From contig CP075494.1 in NCBI GenBank assembly GCA_021613535.1, positions 14,508,001 through 14,572,000 of the forward strand: a DNA stretch of 64,000 nucleotides. The letters are read 5' to 3'. The stretch's first letter is position 1. Each line of letters begins with the position of its first letter. The notes beneath the pieces are model-generated. The model made no database searches, was not told where the DNA came from, and saw only the letters and a program-made list of their open reading frames with translations. A program made the translations under genes and the position numbers. The stretch is from Adineta vaga. Lineage: Eukaryota > Animalia > Rotifera. This document shows, piece by piece, positions 28,401-42,243 of the stretch.

Positions 28401-30150
28401 GAGTAAATCCAGACCACGTTCATTCAATTGTAATTGATTCTGAAATTCTGCAAGAATATCTTTTTGTGTCAATGGTTGTGAATTATAAATATTATCAGAC
28501 TCAATTGGCACTGTTGAATCAGTCCGTTCAAATGACGATATTTGTTTTTCTTTCATCAAATCCAATGTACGACGTGGATCATAATTAACTCGAAGAAAAT
28601 AATCAATGAATGCAGGACGATTTTCTTTTAGAGCTTGTTGAAATAATTTGGCTAAAACATTTGGTTTCTAAAAACAAATTTCAAATGTATTGAGACAACA
28701 AATATCGTATACTAACCACCGTATATTGTATTTCAGATAATAAGTCAGCTGCTTGTTCAAAACAATTCCATTTTATTGCTAATTCAAGTAGATGTAATTT
28801 TTGAGGAATATCATAATTGCGATCTGATATATCCGTATTCGAATTCGTTTTGTACAGATCAAGTTGAGCAAAGTGAGCTAAAAGATACAACAAAGACTGG
28901 AACGAAGAAAACGAAGAAAATGATTTACCTTTGAAAATTGCATGAAAAATACTTTGTTTCATATTCAATTCGTTATGAATACGAAAAACGTTTAGATATC
29001 GACGTACACTTGGATGCATAATTTCGCTTATTTGATCAATTAATTTTCGATGTTCTTTTTCTGTTCGAGCACGCATTGGAAATCGTCGAAGATTATGTTC
29101 AATTTCATCTTGATCAGGTAATCTAGAAATTTAGATTTTTGAAGAATAGTGCAACTGAAAAATCTTCGATATCTAACTGTTTTCAAGATGATGATGATAA
29201 TAATAATAAACGAACCTTGGCGGAGTATGTTCATTTTTGGCTGTAAGTTCTATTAAACTAGCAATAACATCAGCAATTTTTCCACTACCCTAATAGCAAA
29301 TAAACACTGAAACAATGATTGATTTTATTTAGAAATGCTCAGAATACTTGAATGAATATAACCGGACGTTTTATTTGAATTTCATTCAAAACAGCTAAAC
29401 ATGTATTGATACCGCCTTCGACTATAATGGTCACCGCATGACCTATCAATAGAGAAAGAGTGGTGGTAAATCAAAACAGATATCTAATTATTTTCAAGAC
29501 ATACTCGCATCTACTTCACAGGCGTAATTAACAAAATCCGAACGTTGCATTTCTTTTGGATATTTTGTTGTTTCAGCAAAAGCTGCTTGTTGTTGTTTTA
29601 CAATTTCTTGTTCATTTATATCATTTAAAGTTTCTGAAAGATAAAAAGTACGTATGGATATAGAAAAAGTTTGTTAAATTGATATTGATCAAACCTTTCT
29701 GTAGTTGTTGTTGTTGTTGATCGTCACAAGAAATCATTCGTCGATATGTTTCAAAGTCATTCTTTATATATTGACTACGATATTTACCATCATCCAATAG
29801 AAGAAAATGAGTATGATTTTTTTCTAATGAATGACTATCTTTATCATCAAACGTAAAGAAACTATCTGTTAGAATCCGATTATGATCAGATGGTAAATCC
29901 TAAATGATTACATCGGGTTTCTTTTCTTGAAAACTGAAAATTTATGTAAATATTCACATCTTTTTGAAGATTTAATACCATTCTTCGAGTCTTTCTAGTT
30001 ATATTACCCCACCAAGATATGCCAAGAAGTGTTGACGATTTTTTCGTATCTGTTAAAGCTCGTAGACGACTAATACCTTCTCCAATCAATTTAGCAGCTC
30101 CATTATTTAATCCGGATGTTATAATCCAAGTTCCTACAATATGAATATTT

Positions 30151-30181
<31 letters not shown>

Positions 30182-30723
30182 TGAATTTGTTCAATAAAGT
30201 ATTCATTCACCTGGGGTAATAGCAACATCAGCTAAACTATCCATAAATTCTTTTTCTATATCTTCGCTCATGGTAAAATGCATACGACCACCATAAACAC
30301 TAATAATTAATTTTGGAATATCACAAGTACTTCTCATCAGTTCGTAAAGTGTAGCAATATCATCTTTACTTTCACAAGAACATCGTAGAAACTATTGGTA
30401 CACATGAAGTAATGATGCAAAGAATAAATAGACAAACTTACTTTACGTGTTGGAGTTGAATGGTAAATAAGACGTTCTAATTTTCTTGTATGATATTTTA
30501 CATTCCAATCTTTTGGATTGAGATCTTTTATGGATATATCACCATCGAAACTATGATGTCGAATAGGACGTTGACAGCCACATCGTTCAGTATTTGCTTT
30601 TATATAAGAATCTTTATTATAAACTATACATTGATGAGATGTTAGTCTTCCAGCTTTGAATAAGTCCTCTATCATTGTTACCCATTTATCTTCGTTTAGA
30701 TTCCCAATCATTTCGAGTGACAT
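25467..30723 (-). CDS. TRPM-family cation channel (multi-exon)
   Basis: Motifs RCGCQR, PKLIISVYGG, WIITSGLNNG, LEKNHTHFLLLDDG, IVEGG, GSGKIADV, LAIKWN and RDLLYWSIF, a six-TM region ending NILLLNLLIAAF, and a TRP-box region YYQRYSITQEYFEKP. Confidence 0.93.
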
Positions 30724-32034
30724 TCACTACCAATTTATGTAAATCTAAGATCTATAAATGCTGCTAAAGATATCTTTTCATAAAACAATACATTGTCTAA
30801 TAACAAAAATGATGTCATCGGATAGATACAATAAAGGTAATTAAGATCCTATCAATATCAGATAGTTTCTAGAAGGAATTGAAAATCAACTTACTACGAC
30901 TTATTTTAAGATGTGTGTCTATACAAAGGACACGATCTATTCCGTAAGTTCGTATCATAACAAAAAACATTCTCCAGTATTTTTTTTCTGACCGATAAAG
31001 AATAAATTCTTAATCACGTTTTAAACTAATGGGACTAATGATATGCGCGGACGGATATACGAAGCTATAGAAACGATATACAGGTGAAATTAAGGTTGTT
31101 TGAGAAGGCGATAAATGATTTCCAAGGCTTTTTCTATCAATAATTGCTTATATCTTTTGCGTCGTATGATTCTCAATCATTAAAACAAATTGAAACGAAA
31201 TGATCCTCGAAAAATATTACACTTTTGATAATCAAATCTATAATTAATTGAAAAAATCAAGTAGACGCTCTAGTTTTTTTACAAATTAATTTAATAGGAA
31301 AGCTGAAAGAAGGTGAGTCGGTATACTAATGTATTACAAAAAAGATTCATCGCGATCGAAAGGTTGAGATTGTACAAGTTTTTAATCGACGTCTTTCGTA
31401 CAGCTTATGATGAAGATGTATTGTTAATATTTTTCATCTACTTTGATACTTTTTATTCTTCCTGTCATGTGTACATAATAAAATTATTTTCATTTGGACG
31501 AACGATTTTTATTCAACAGAAGAAATTCAAACAAACCTTTCATTTTTTTCCTAGACTTTTTATGGCATAAATTATGTGTCAATTATTTTACACTTATCAT
31601 CATTGTAACTTTCGAATTATGCTTAATATAAATTATACCAACATGATTTTTATCGGTGAATGCCTATTTTTACAATATTTAATCATTTTACCATACACAC
31701 TATTTGCATATGGCCAAAAGCATCGGTAAATACTCATGGAAGTATTTTTATGATGAAATGATATACTATTCGTTCTATCACTTGATTTGAGCAAACATGT
31801 GAAAGAGTATTTAGAAACTGATGCGTACGTTCGACAATCAATACTGATCATATCTATATTCAATTGAATGATATGAAGCATGTTATTCTATCTTTTAAAT
31901 CAATCTAATTAATGTATTTATATCTAGTTATGTAATGTTCGTTTATTTTATTTGTGCTTAACACTAGCACAAAACTGATGTAGACAATACGTACATATTA
32001 CAAACATGAAACAATATTTTTATTTATTCTCTCT

Positions 32035-35000
32035 CTAATAATTCGGTCTATAAGAATTATATGAATTTTGTTGACGCGGTTGAAAAAAACCACGTGGTTG
32101 TCGTGGACGAAAATCATCATTGGGATGACGTGGACGAAAACCATCATTTGAATGACGTGGACGATAGCCGTCATTTGAATAACGTGGACGAAAACCATCG
32201 TTTGAATAACGTGGACGGTAGTCTCCATTTGAGTCTCGTTGACGATTATTATCATATTGTTGACGATTATTATAATATCCACCTGGTTGACGTTGTGAAG
32301 GAATAAAACCACCTGATTGATGTTGCTGCTGTTGTTCTTGTTGTTGTGAACCTAACGAATGACGAATTGTACGATGAGCAGGCGCAAAATCTCGTTGATA
32401 CTGTGGTCGTTGAGCAAAACCTAGATTTGGCCGATATGACTGTCTTTGATCGTAATCAAGTGGTCTTAATGTTGCCATTGGCATCTCAACATTTTCTAAT
32501 AGTTTCGCTGGAAATATATAATTATCATCGTAGGATAAATCTTGATATTTAACATTTATAACTTGATTATCAAAAATTTCTTCACAATTTGGTAATGGTG
32601 GTTTAATAATTTCTCCAATTCCTATAATTTTATCATCATCATCAGGCCATAAATATCCAGACATACCTCCACTTAATCTCGTTGGCATATCTAAAGGTTG
32701 TTTCCTTGTTATTTCATTTTCACCTGGAACATTTAATTTTTTTATATAATCATAACACAAATCACTTGAGTGAATGTATAAACGATCATAATCACGTTTA
32801 TTACGTCTTTCTTCTTCAACTGTTAATGTTGAATAAACATGCTCGAGTGTAGCATGTAAACGTTTTTCATCTACAAATGGTAATAAAGCAACACCTTGCC
32901 ATGCTTGTTGTTTACCATTAAGATCAATACAAAAATTTAATGGATAAAAATCAATAATTGGCGATTCTTTTTCTGTCATCAAAGGTTGCCATTCACTTGG
33001 TAGAAATTGTCGAGATTGAGATGGAAATACAGACATTAGTTGTTCTAATGGTTTGAATGGTTTTGTTTTCTTATCAAAAGTGACCGGTAAATCTCGAAGA
33101 TGAAGAAAATCCGATGCAAATGGTGCATAATGATATGGAAAATACCTAAATAAAAAGAAAAATATATAACTTCTTTTGTAATAATTTAGACATACCAATC
33201 CCATGCTGGTACACCTTGATAATAATATTGAAGAACCCAACATAAACCTCGTGCATAATGATGTGCAACTTCGACTCGAAATTGTTCGATTTCATTTTGA
33301 TCAACATTAAATTTATTTTTGTAATATCTTTCACGCCAACCATCTTCCCAAAGACGAACCGTATCATTTGGATCATTATCTTCTTCTTCATTATGAATTG
33401 AAGTTTGTCGATTAAATGTAGATGAATCAACTGCTTCACGTTCCATTTCATCAAATGTACGTTTTTTAGGTCGATTATTATTGGACGTATCATTTGCTGA
33501 AAAATCAACACGTTGCATATCACGTAATTGTGCATTGGCTTGACTTGGATTGCTAATACTTGCTGTAGGACGTTGACCAATAGGTTGTGGTTCTAATTGA
33601 GGAGCAGACATCCAAACAGGTAAATGTACAGCACTAGAATAAAATAATTTCGATATTCAAAAGAAAGGTTTCACTAGATGATTATTTTCATCTAATCAAA
33701 ATATAGTAGGTCATTTACCCTGCAGATTCTGTCATCGGTCTATGCCGTTTATTTGGTGGTTGATTATTATTCGATCGATTTCGTTCACGTTGTCGTTGAT
33801 CATTTTCATGTCGTCTAGCAAATATTTCATCTTCCATTCGTCCAATACTTGTTAAGATAATTTCTACACGCTCCATAACTGGTATACCATTTTCAGTTAA
33901 ATAACCTTGAAATTTTGAAACATTATTCTTATAAATATCTATTAAACGATCAATAGCATTTTCACGTATTTCAAGTGATGGTAAATGTGGTAGAAAATCA
34001 TTGCCAACAAAAAAACACATAAATACCCAATCATCAATGGCACGTTCAATATCCCATTCAAATGATAAATTACGACGTAAATCTAAATCTCGATAAAGAT
34101 ATTCTCGTAATACAGACAATCGAACAAATATATATTGTGTTTCTTGAACTTGTAGTGGTGCTAATTCATCATTTTTACCAAATTTTTCTTTGGCAATACC
34201 TTTACATTCTTTTAACGAATGTCCAAATTGTCCACATAATTCACATGGACGTGGTTTAAATGGTTTGAATTCTTCACGTATAATTGTAAAATAGGGTTCA
34301 TGAGTTGCTAATCCAAGCATAATTAAATCAGCATCAGCACCACATAAAACATGATGTGTATTGGGATCATGATCAGGTTGTGCACGTTGTCGACGAATAT
34401 AATCCATTATTTTATGTTCACCTTCACCGGGAACATTTGCATCGGATAAAATTACTTTGACTGATCGCCATGCTGGATTTGTATTCATACGATGTTTGAT
34501 ATAATAACGAAGACATTCAGCTAATTTCGACATAAATGGTGTACCAGGTGTAATACAATTCGTATCAAAATGTTCAGTTCTTTCTTCGGGTTTTTTATCT
34601 TCTGGTAAAAGACCACCATTTAAACGTATTTCATTCGAAATATGTTCTATCATTTGATTTTTATCTTGCGCATCTTTTGATGCTCGAAAACGTCTGGAAC
34701 GTTGTTGATTCATTTTTGCTCGTGGTGCAACACCATCAATGGCCATATAAAGTAATTTACGTGGACGAACAATAGAAAATAATCGATCGACACATTCAAA
34801 AATTAAGATCATCATTTCTTCTTCATTTTTAGGTGCTGGACGATCTTCAGGATGTGTACAAGGATGAATAATTCCATTCATGTCTAAATATAAGTTATCA
34901 AACTAAAAGAAAATATTTAAAAAATCTTTCAAAAAAACAAATTTTAAATTTACTTCATAACCATTTGGATTTGGTTTTGTTTCATCTAATGGATGATAAA

Positions 35001-35149
35001 CACCTTGTGCATCTGAATAAAAATATTTAATTATGGAATGAAAAATATCAATATTATCACTCACCTGTTGAAGGTTTATCTTCAATACAATGACAAACAA
35101 CTGAGGGATATTTTTTTGTTAACCAACGGAAAAATGCTGGTACTCCCAT
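32035..35149 (-). CDS. XRN2: 5'-3' exoribonuclease 2 (XRN2/Rat1); 5 exons
   Basis: [10 protein letters not shown] start, [56 protein letters not shown] knuckle [34 protein letters not shown] and WQGVALLPF. Confidence 0.97.
32102..32236 (-). repeat. 27-bp coding tandem repeat (5 units) in the XRN2 C-terminus
   Basis: Units of cgtggacg(a/g)..ttgaat(g/a)a on the + strand encode ND[GD][FY]RPR[YHQ][SP]. Confidence 0.9.
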
Positions 35150-36021
35150 ATTGAACAAAGAAACAGATAATAATCTACTATGAAAAAAATAGATCAGTTA
35201 GATACGAGAGGAAAAATGGTACAAACCTGTGAATAAAATTAGGAGAAATGAGAAAACGAAAAACAGAACTCAAACTAATAATATAATAACTATGAATATG
35301 AATGAAGAAATTTTCTTTTGAGTTTGACTGAGCAAGTAAAAAACGGTTGCGTTTTTGATAGGTTAACGAATAATGATAATATATGAAATAGATGTCAGTC
35401 ATATACATGTATGTGAAATGATGCAATTCATCGGTAAAAGAGATCGACTATAATTAATTCAATAAATGAAGACTTTACAGGAATAACAAGATATATATAT
35501 ATATATATATGAATTCGCGAATACGAAATAATACTTTTATACATTCTTGATTAGTGGAGATATATGTTTACCTTTATAGTTCGAATTTAAATTTAAAAAA
35601 ATAAACATTTACCTCGATATTGTCAGTAATCAAACACACTATTCAATATATTGATCATTATGAACATTTCTAAATCGCAACAAACTGATTCAATCTGGAA
35701 TTCTAAATATGATATCAAATACAACTGCATACTTACATAGAAGTTTTCAAGTAAATTTCTCAGACAAGGCAAAAAGCAAAAAATCGTCACTAGTATTTCT
35801 TCTATAAAATCCCATAGAGCTCAATGTGATTGACTTTATATAACTTTCTTTATAATGAATTTCACTAAACTCAATGTTATTAAGATCAAAGTCTGTCGTC
35901 TTTATTGAACAACAAAATAACATACTTTTTTTTATCTATTAAGATATAAACAAGAGGAGGAAGAAGAAGAAGAAGAAGAAGTAGAAGAAGATATCATTCT
36001 ATACAACATAAACACTTAGAA

Positions 36022-39000
36022 TTAATCACAATAAAAGATTCTCATAAATTGCTCAATTGAAATAAGATTTTTAGTCAGATTTTCATTTTGAACATCCGCT
36101 ACTGATCGCATTGTTTTCGGAGTATGATAAAAAGTTGTTGTTTGATTTAAAAGAGTCATTCGACGATTCGTTACTTTCGTTGATTGTTTTGGTGTTGATC
36201 GTACTTGTTGTTGTTGTCGTTGTTTATCATCTTCAATTGTAAGTTTATTGAAGATTCGTTTATAAATATATTCGATTGCTTCAGAAAATGATCGATTAGC
36301 TCGTAATTTCTTTCGAGCCATTTCATCTTTAGCAATTAATTGAAGTAAAAAGCAAATTTGTTCAAAGATATCATGACCATTATTTTGATAAAATTTCAAA
36401 AGAAGCATAGTAAAATCTTTGATATGTTCAGATTTGTCAATTAGTTTAAAAACAAGGTCTTCTTTTACAGTAAACAATTGCAAAATACTCAATACTTTAC
36501 TAAGTAAAATTGTTGATGGTCCACTTCGATTACAACATTTCATTAAGATAAAAAACAATCGTAATAGACCTTGTTGAGCTATTAAATAACGTATTTCTAC
36601 ACAACAAGCGATCACCGGTTCAATATCGCGTAAAAAATGTAAATAAGCAGTTAATGATAATGCTGATGCTTCAGAAAATTCTTGAACTATTTGCATCATA
36701 CGTTCACGAATGGTTAATGATGAATTCGATGTTGATTTTTGTAAACGAAGTTTTTCAAGAATAAAAACTACTGGATGATGATTAACTGCATTTGCCACAC
36801 GAACTTGATGTCCACGCCAATGAGCCTAAAGTTAACTTATAACGAATATTTTTCCAAAATCAAATTATTTACCTGAACAATTTCAACTGCATGTGTCTGT
36901 CGTTCTGATTCAGATCGTTGTTCATTTGTACGATTATTTTGATCAATTGATTCTTCATTTCTAAGTGTTTGTTGCTGTTGTTGTTGAGATAAGAATAATG
37001 TAAATGTTTCTTTAATCATTTTTGTATTGATTGGATCAACAAATGATGCCTTTATAAGAAAAAGAAATTAAAAAAAAAAGTATTTCAATTATTCTTTAAT
37101 TTACTTCATCTAATTTGTTTGATTCTACGCTGTCAATTTCTGAAATTGCTTCATCAATAAGACACAATGATGTGTTTGTTTTACTTTCTTCTTTTTCAAT
37201 TGTTTTTTCTAATTCAACAAAATCATCCAAAGAAAGTGATGCCATTGTAGCAGCAATTGATGTTCGATGATGATCAATTCTTGTTGAACTTGATCGAGCT
37301 GAATTAAATGATTCGTCTTCTTCTTCTTCTTCTTCTTCTTCGTTATTATCAACATCATCTGTAGGAAATTCAGATAATAAATCTAGACGATCAAGAATAT
37401 CATGATTCATTGTAGTCAAAACTGATTGTGATATATCATTAATATGCGTTATCGTCTTTTCGTCTTCGTTTTTAACTGGTACTGATATGGGTTCTGATTG
37501 AATAATTGGAATCAGATGAGTATTTTCTGTAGGATAAGTAAGCGAAAGTTTAACAATCATAAGTTCTTCAATTGGTGTTTCATTTGATAGAGAAATTTCA
37601 GGAGAATTCATTGAATTCTCTCGAAATATTGCAATCTCCTCTTTCTTCAATTCAGATGTTAATTCATCATTATTTGAATATTTTTCTTTAAATTCATCGA
37701 AAATTGTTTGATGACGAAAATCCATTTCCTTTGAATGATGATGATGATTTTCGAAAAGTATATCATGTGCAAGCATAGCTAAAATCACTATTGTGCATCG
37801 TTGATCGGGTAAATCTTTTGCATAATAATCATATTTAATTAAATCATATGACGATGATCCAAATTGTTTAATAGATTCTTCTAATAAACGAAAATTTGAT
37901 TTAACATTACGTTCATATAGATTAATCAAATGTTGTTGAGGTTGTTGACCAAGTTCAAGATTAAATTGAATATGTTCATCACGTGTTTGACATGTTGCTA
38001 ATGTTGTCAAATGTTTTATATCACGTTTATAATCACATAAAGATGGAAAATAATATGAAATTATATAAAGAAATGCACGACCATCAGCAAATGATTCTTG
38101 AAGGTCGTATAACCAAAATTTATAATGTGCACAAATCAATTGAACCCATTTGATTAATGAATGAATGATTGATGGAGTGTCTTTTTCCGAAGGAATCAAA
38201 TCAGTTGTTAGAAGACGTTGTTCTATAGGTGAACAAAGTTTTGTTAAATTTTGTGTAAGAATAGATATTTCTTGATTTAATTTTTCAATCGGTAATAAGT
38301 ATTTCGGTAAATAACAAGTAGTAAATATACGCCAAAGTAATTCAAGAGTACGTTGTTTATTTCCATTCATAATATCTTTATTTGAACTAAAGCAAAAAAA
38401 AAACGAGAATAAATCAATTTGTATTTCATTTTTCAAATGAACTTACATTCCAGTTAAATTTACATGTCCATATGTTTGAAGTAAATCAAAAGCTTGATCA
38501 ATATTTAATAATTTATGAACAAGATTAACAACTGGACATTTTAATTTTGTTGATAAATCAAATCTTGCGACTTGTTCATTCGTTGATGATAGTAATATTT
38601 GTGCACACCGTGTTAAACGTATTCCATCTTTTAGATCTTCAAATAATTTATTTTCTTCATCAGAAATTAAATAATTATATTCATCTAATGATGTTTGTTT
38701 ATATGTTGGTTCATATCCAGCTAATTTTAAACGACGTAATAGATTGGTATCTGAACTAATAAAATCACGTGAAAGAACATCAAGTGATTCTTTTGTCGAT
38801 TTAAATTTGGAATCACGATTATATAAACATGGATCATTATCAATTAAACGTAAGATTTTAACACGTTCAAGAAATACGATAATAATTAATAGATTTTTCA
38901 TTGTTAAACGAATTTGTGCTGAAGCAACTTTATTAGTAGTATTCATAGACATTTTCTTTGAATTCATTTCATTTGATAATAAAACATGATTTGAATTTGA

Positions 39001-40094
39001 TTGAAGAAGAAGATATTGATCAATAGCTATTTTCATTTGATGATAATTTTCGATAGTAATTGGAAAAAGAATTTCCATTGCTAATCGAAACCATACTCGA
39101 TTATAAGATGAAATATATTTCATGAACGCTTGTCGATTCACTGATCGTGCTGAAAATGTCAAATCAGATTTCGGATTTATTCGACAATGATCAATATCAA
39201 TATCAGCACTTATTTTCGCAGCAATTAATTGAATATCACGTGCAAATATTTCTCGAGCACGATCACGTACAGTATACCAACGATTTGATTCAATCGAAGA
39301 TTTAAATATATTCTTATTAGATAATTCTTCATGTGATACGGTTTGATTGACTGTCGTACTTGATAAGAAATCAACAGGAGTAAATAATGAATTTAACCAA
39401 ATGGTATATGCATGTGCTTGTTTATCGATGGTATTGATTGATGAAAGATTGAATGGAATACGAGCTCGAATAGCTGGTTGAAAGGAAATGATTGGAGAAC
39501 CTTAACAAAAAAAAATAAAAATAAAATAGACTATAAGAAGAGAAATTTACTTGGTGGAAGAAGTTCAGGAGATGGTTGCAATGATTCTGTACTTGCTTTT
39601 ATCATTGTCGATGATTTTGGAAATGAAACAGGCGCTTTCCAAGTTGATGGCGGAGCTGGTCTAGCTTTTCTTTGTATAAAGATAGGTAGAGAAACACTCT
39701 CATCATCGTCATCGATCATTGTAGACCGTGTTGGTTGAGAAGGACTGATACTAAACATACGATTTTCAACAATGGACAACGTTGATTGATCAGTTTTAAT
39801 TGAATCAACTTCTGTTGTTGATAAATGTATATATTTTGATTTTTCAAGACGAGCATTTTGATCAGAAAGAGGAGAAATAGTATTGAATACATCCATAGCA
39901 CGATCTCGCGAGAGTAATGGCCGTTTAGGAGTAATAGAAGATTCTTCTTCTTCATTATTTTCTAACTAATAAAGATAAATATTGATAAACTATGACTATC
40001 AAGTAGTGGAGTGAACATACTTTTTTCCAAAGAGTCTTTGATAGAAATCTCTCATAGCTGAGATCACCCTTTGGATATTGATTTTCTTGATTCA
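36022..40094 (-). CDS. ASPM: Abnormal spindle / ASPM-like protein (two CH domains, a single IQ motif, C-terminal helical repeat region); about 6 exons
   Basis: DKQAHAYTIWLNSLFTP, SYNRVWFRLAMEILF, RLIDNDPCLY, YKQTSLDEYNY, DLKDGIRLTR, DIMNGNKQRTLELLW, ESFADGRAFLYIISYYFP, IQ motif VQAHWRGHQVR and C-terminal LMKCCNRSGP. Confidence 0.88.
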
Positions 40095-40552
40095 TTGGAA
40101 TGAAAAAGATGAATGATCTTTTCTTATCAAGAAAAATAGAATTTGTCTTGTAAAGCAAATTAATATCTGTACCAGAAGAAGACGCAAAACAAAATATGCT
40201 TTTTGACTTGAATGTAATGCAATGAAGAATTTATCTTCTTTCTTTTTTGAAACAAAGATTTCATCCGATTTGCCAATAGAATTTGGAACGATATTGTACA
40301 TATACATGAACTGATGACAAGAGATGTCGCACTTAGTAACATTGTCAAAGAGTGAAGCAATAAATGTTTGGGTTCTGAATTTTTCAAAACTTTTGCAAAG
40401 AGCTGATGACTCTCTCGCAAAAAGTAATATTTCATACCTAAAACTTTCATATCAGTAGTGAAGACAATACAGTTATAGTTTACGAGATTATTCGTATATC
40501 TCAAAACGACGGTTAGAATGTGGATAATGTAAGAATTGACCGAAGTTCAGAA

Positions 40553-40590
40553 CAGCGGCAGATCCAGGATTTTCTTGAGGAGGTGACGGT
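40553..40590 (+). mobile_element. Possible relic terminus of a hAT-type DNA transposon/MITE
   Basis: GC-rich CAGCGGCAGATCCAGGATTTTCTTGAGGAGG resembles the CAG(T/G)GGCGGATCCAGGATTTT termini of invertebrate hAT-like elements. No matching inverted end, TSD or transposase was found. Confidence 0.3.
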
Positions 40591-42243
40591 TTACAAAATT
40601 TTTTGCAAAGCAGTAGTACTTTTCAGGAAAAATCTAGTATTACGCCGATGTGTTGTTTCTCATATTTCCATGCATCGTTTATTTGATTATTAATCGATAG
40701 TTTCATGCATAAAAACCTTTTATTTAGGAAAAAAATCAGTAAAATCTAAAAGTTCCTACGGCGACTAGATTTAGAAAATGCATCAATTATGGAATCAACA
40801 TTTATATCTAAATCTCTATACATATAAACCCGTCCCCTCCTCTCCCAGAATGGAAGGTCATCCTATATTAGAAGCCCATGGCTAATTAATATATTCCAAA
40901 AATATCGACCTTTTCATAAATATTAATTAATAATTATGGAAACATAACCGATTTTCTGTAAAATCCTTCCTATTATATCATAAATAGACCATTTCTTACG
41001 AAAAATTGTGGTTTCTCAGTAAAATCAACACCTAAAAACATTAATTAAGGTTATTAATTAACTATTTAAATTAATAATTGGCCAAAAGTTGCCCTCAATA
41101 GAAGGCCACTCCAAAACGAACGATGTGAAATTTCACAATAGATGAATAGATTTGTTTGAAAAACTATTAGGAGCTTCGATTGTTTGCAGGAATCTATTGA
41201 CACCGCTTTTTCCTTTTATCGATCAATATTTTTATGAGTATTTTCAATAGAGAACACGTAAGTATGCAAAGCGCATTGTATTGTTTAATTGAATTTTCCG
41301 CGCACTTCAAAATTTTCGAGAAAGTGTACAAAGTTTCTACTACACGTTACATAGAAAAATAGTAGATATAGTGATTTATATTCTATCTCAACTTTTTTCA
41401 TCTCAAAATTATTTAAGTAGAACTGCATGAAAAATATCATACAAAATGAATATTATAGTAAAATTAAAGAAAAGACTCACATAACAATAACAACATATAT
41501 TTGGCTAATAAGTGATTAGTCAAAGTTCATGATGGTTATAAGTAGGTGACTGAGCTTAATTTGCTTTCATTAAGTAAATTAATTAAAACATTTATTTATC
41601 ATAATGCTGAATATTAAGCTGATAAGTTGTTCAAAAATAAGTACTAAGTAAAAGCTTACCTAGCATTAGATGTTAAGGGCAAACGGCGATGCATGATCGA
41701 TACTTGTGCGCGCGCATATGCATTTGTGAAAATTTCTGGAAAAAATTGAGTATAAGACTTTTTAAAATGCAAAATCAAGAGGAGAATTTTTCATTTGCAT
41801 AGAAAAGGCTCTGCACTATTTGATAAAAACTTAACTCGATCTTAAATTATGCTAAATAACCATTCCTATACAAAGTGGAATCAGAATGTGTTTGAAAAGG
41901 AATAGATATTCTCTACACTCTTCTATATATGACGCACTCCATCATTAGATATACTTGTGGTACACTGATAAAAATTTGATTATCGACGGAAATAGCTCAT
42001 TCGTTCAAGAACAACATCTTAAGGAATAGAATAGTCAATGTCTATTTCTGCTTTAACTTTTATTCCTTGTGCAGTTATATTGGTGCTTTTCTTTGCTTTA
42101 TTCCAATTTTACTCATAAACTCATACGTATTCATTAAAAAAGTAAATAGAGTCTATCTATTTTTGAACAAAATCATAATTAGATAATATTTTCTTTCGAT
42201 ATAGCATTCAACGGAACAAGACCGCGTTTTTGTTGCTATCTTC

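Noticed and set aside
32061-32312. Repetitive ORFs (VDENHH.., VHVIQM..) and a CRISPR-like periodic pattern
   Set aside because: These are alternative frames of the XRN2 27-bp coding repeat. There are no unique spacers or cas genes, and the context is eukaryotic.
35150-35230. Acceptor upstream of the XRN2 ATG as a trans-splice site
   Set aside because: It pairs with a GTTTGT donor at 35226 to give an ordinary 49-nt 5'UTR intron.
39716-39967. Apparent frame break between ASPM exons 1 and 2
   Set aside because: Using the first AG of the tandem TAG-TTAG acceptor (39967-39966) restores the frame (..LWKK|LENNEEEE..).
40092-40504. 114-aa and 71-aa ORFs upstream of ASPM as a possible ASH domain or transposase
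   Set aside because: No recognisable motif, and no convincing splice link to the ASPM start exon.
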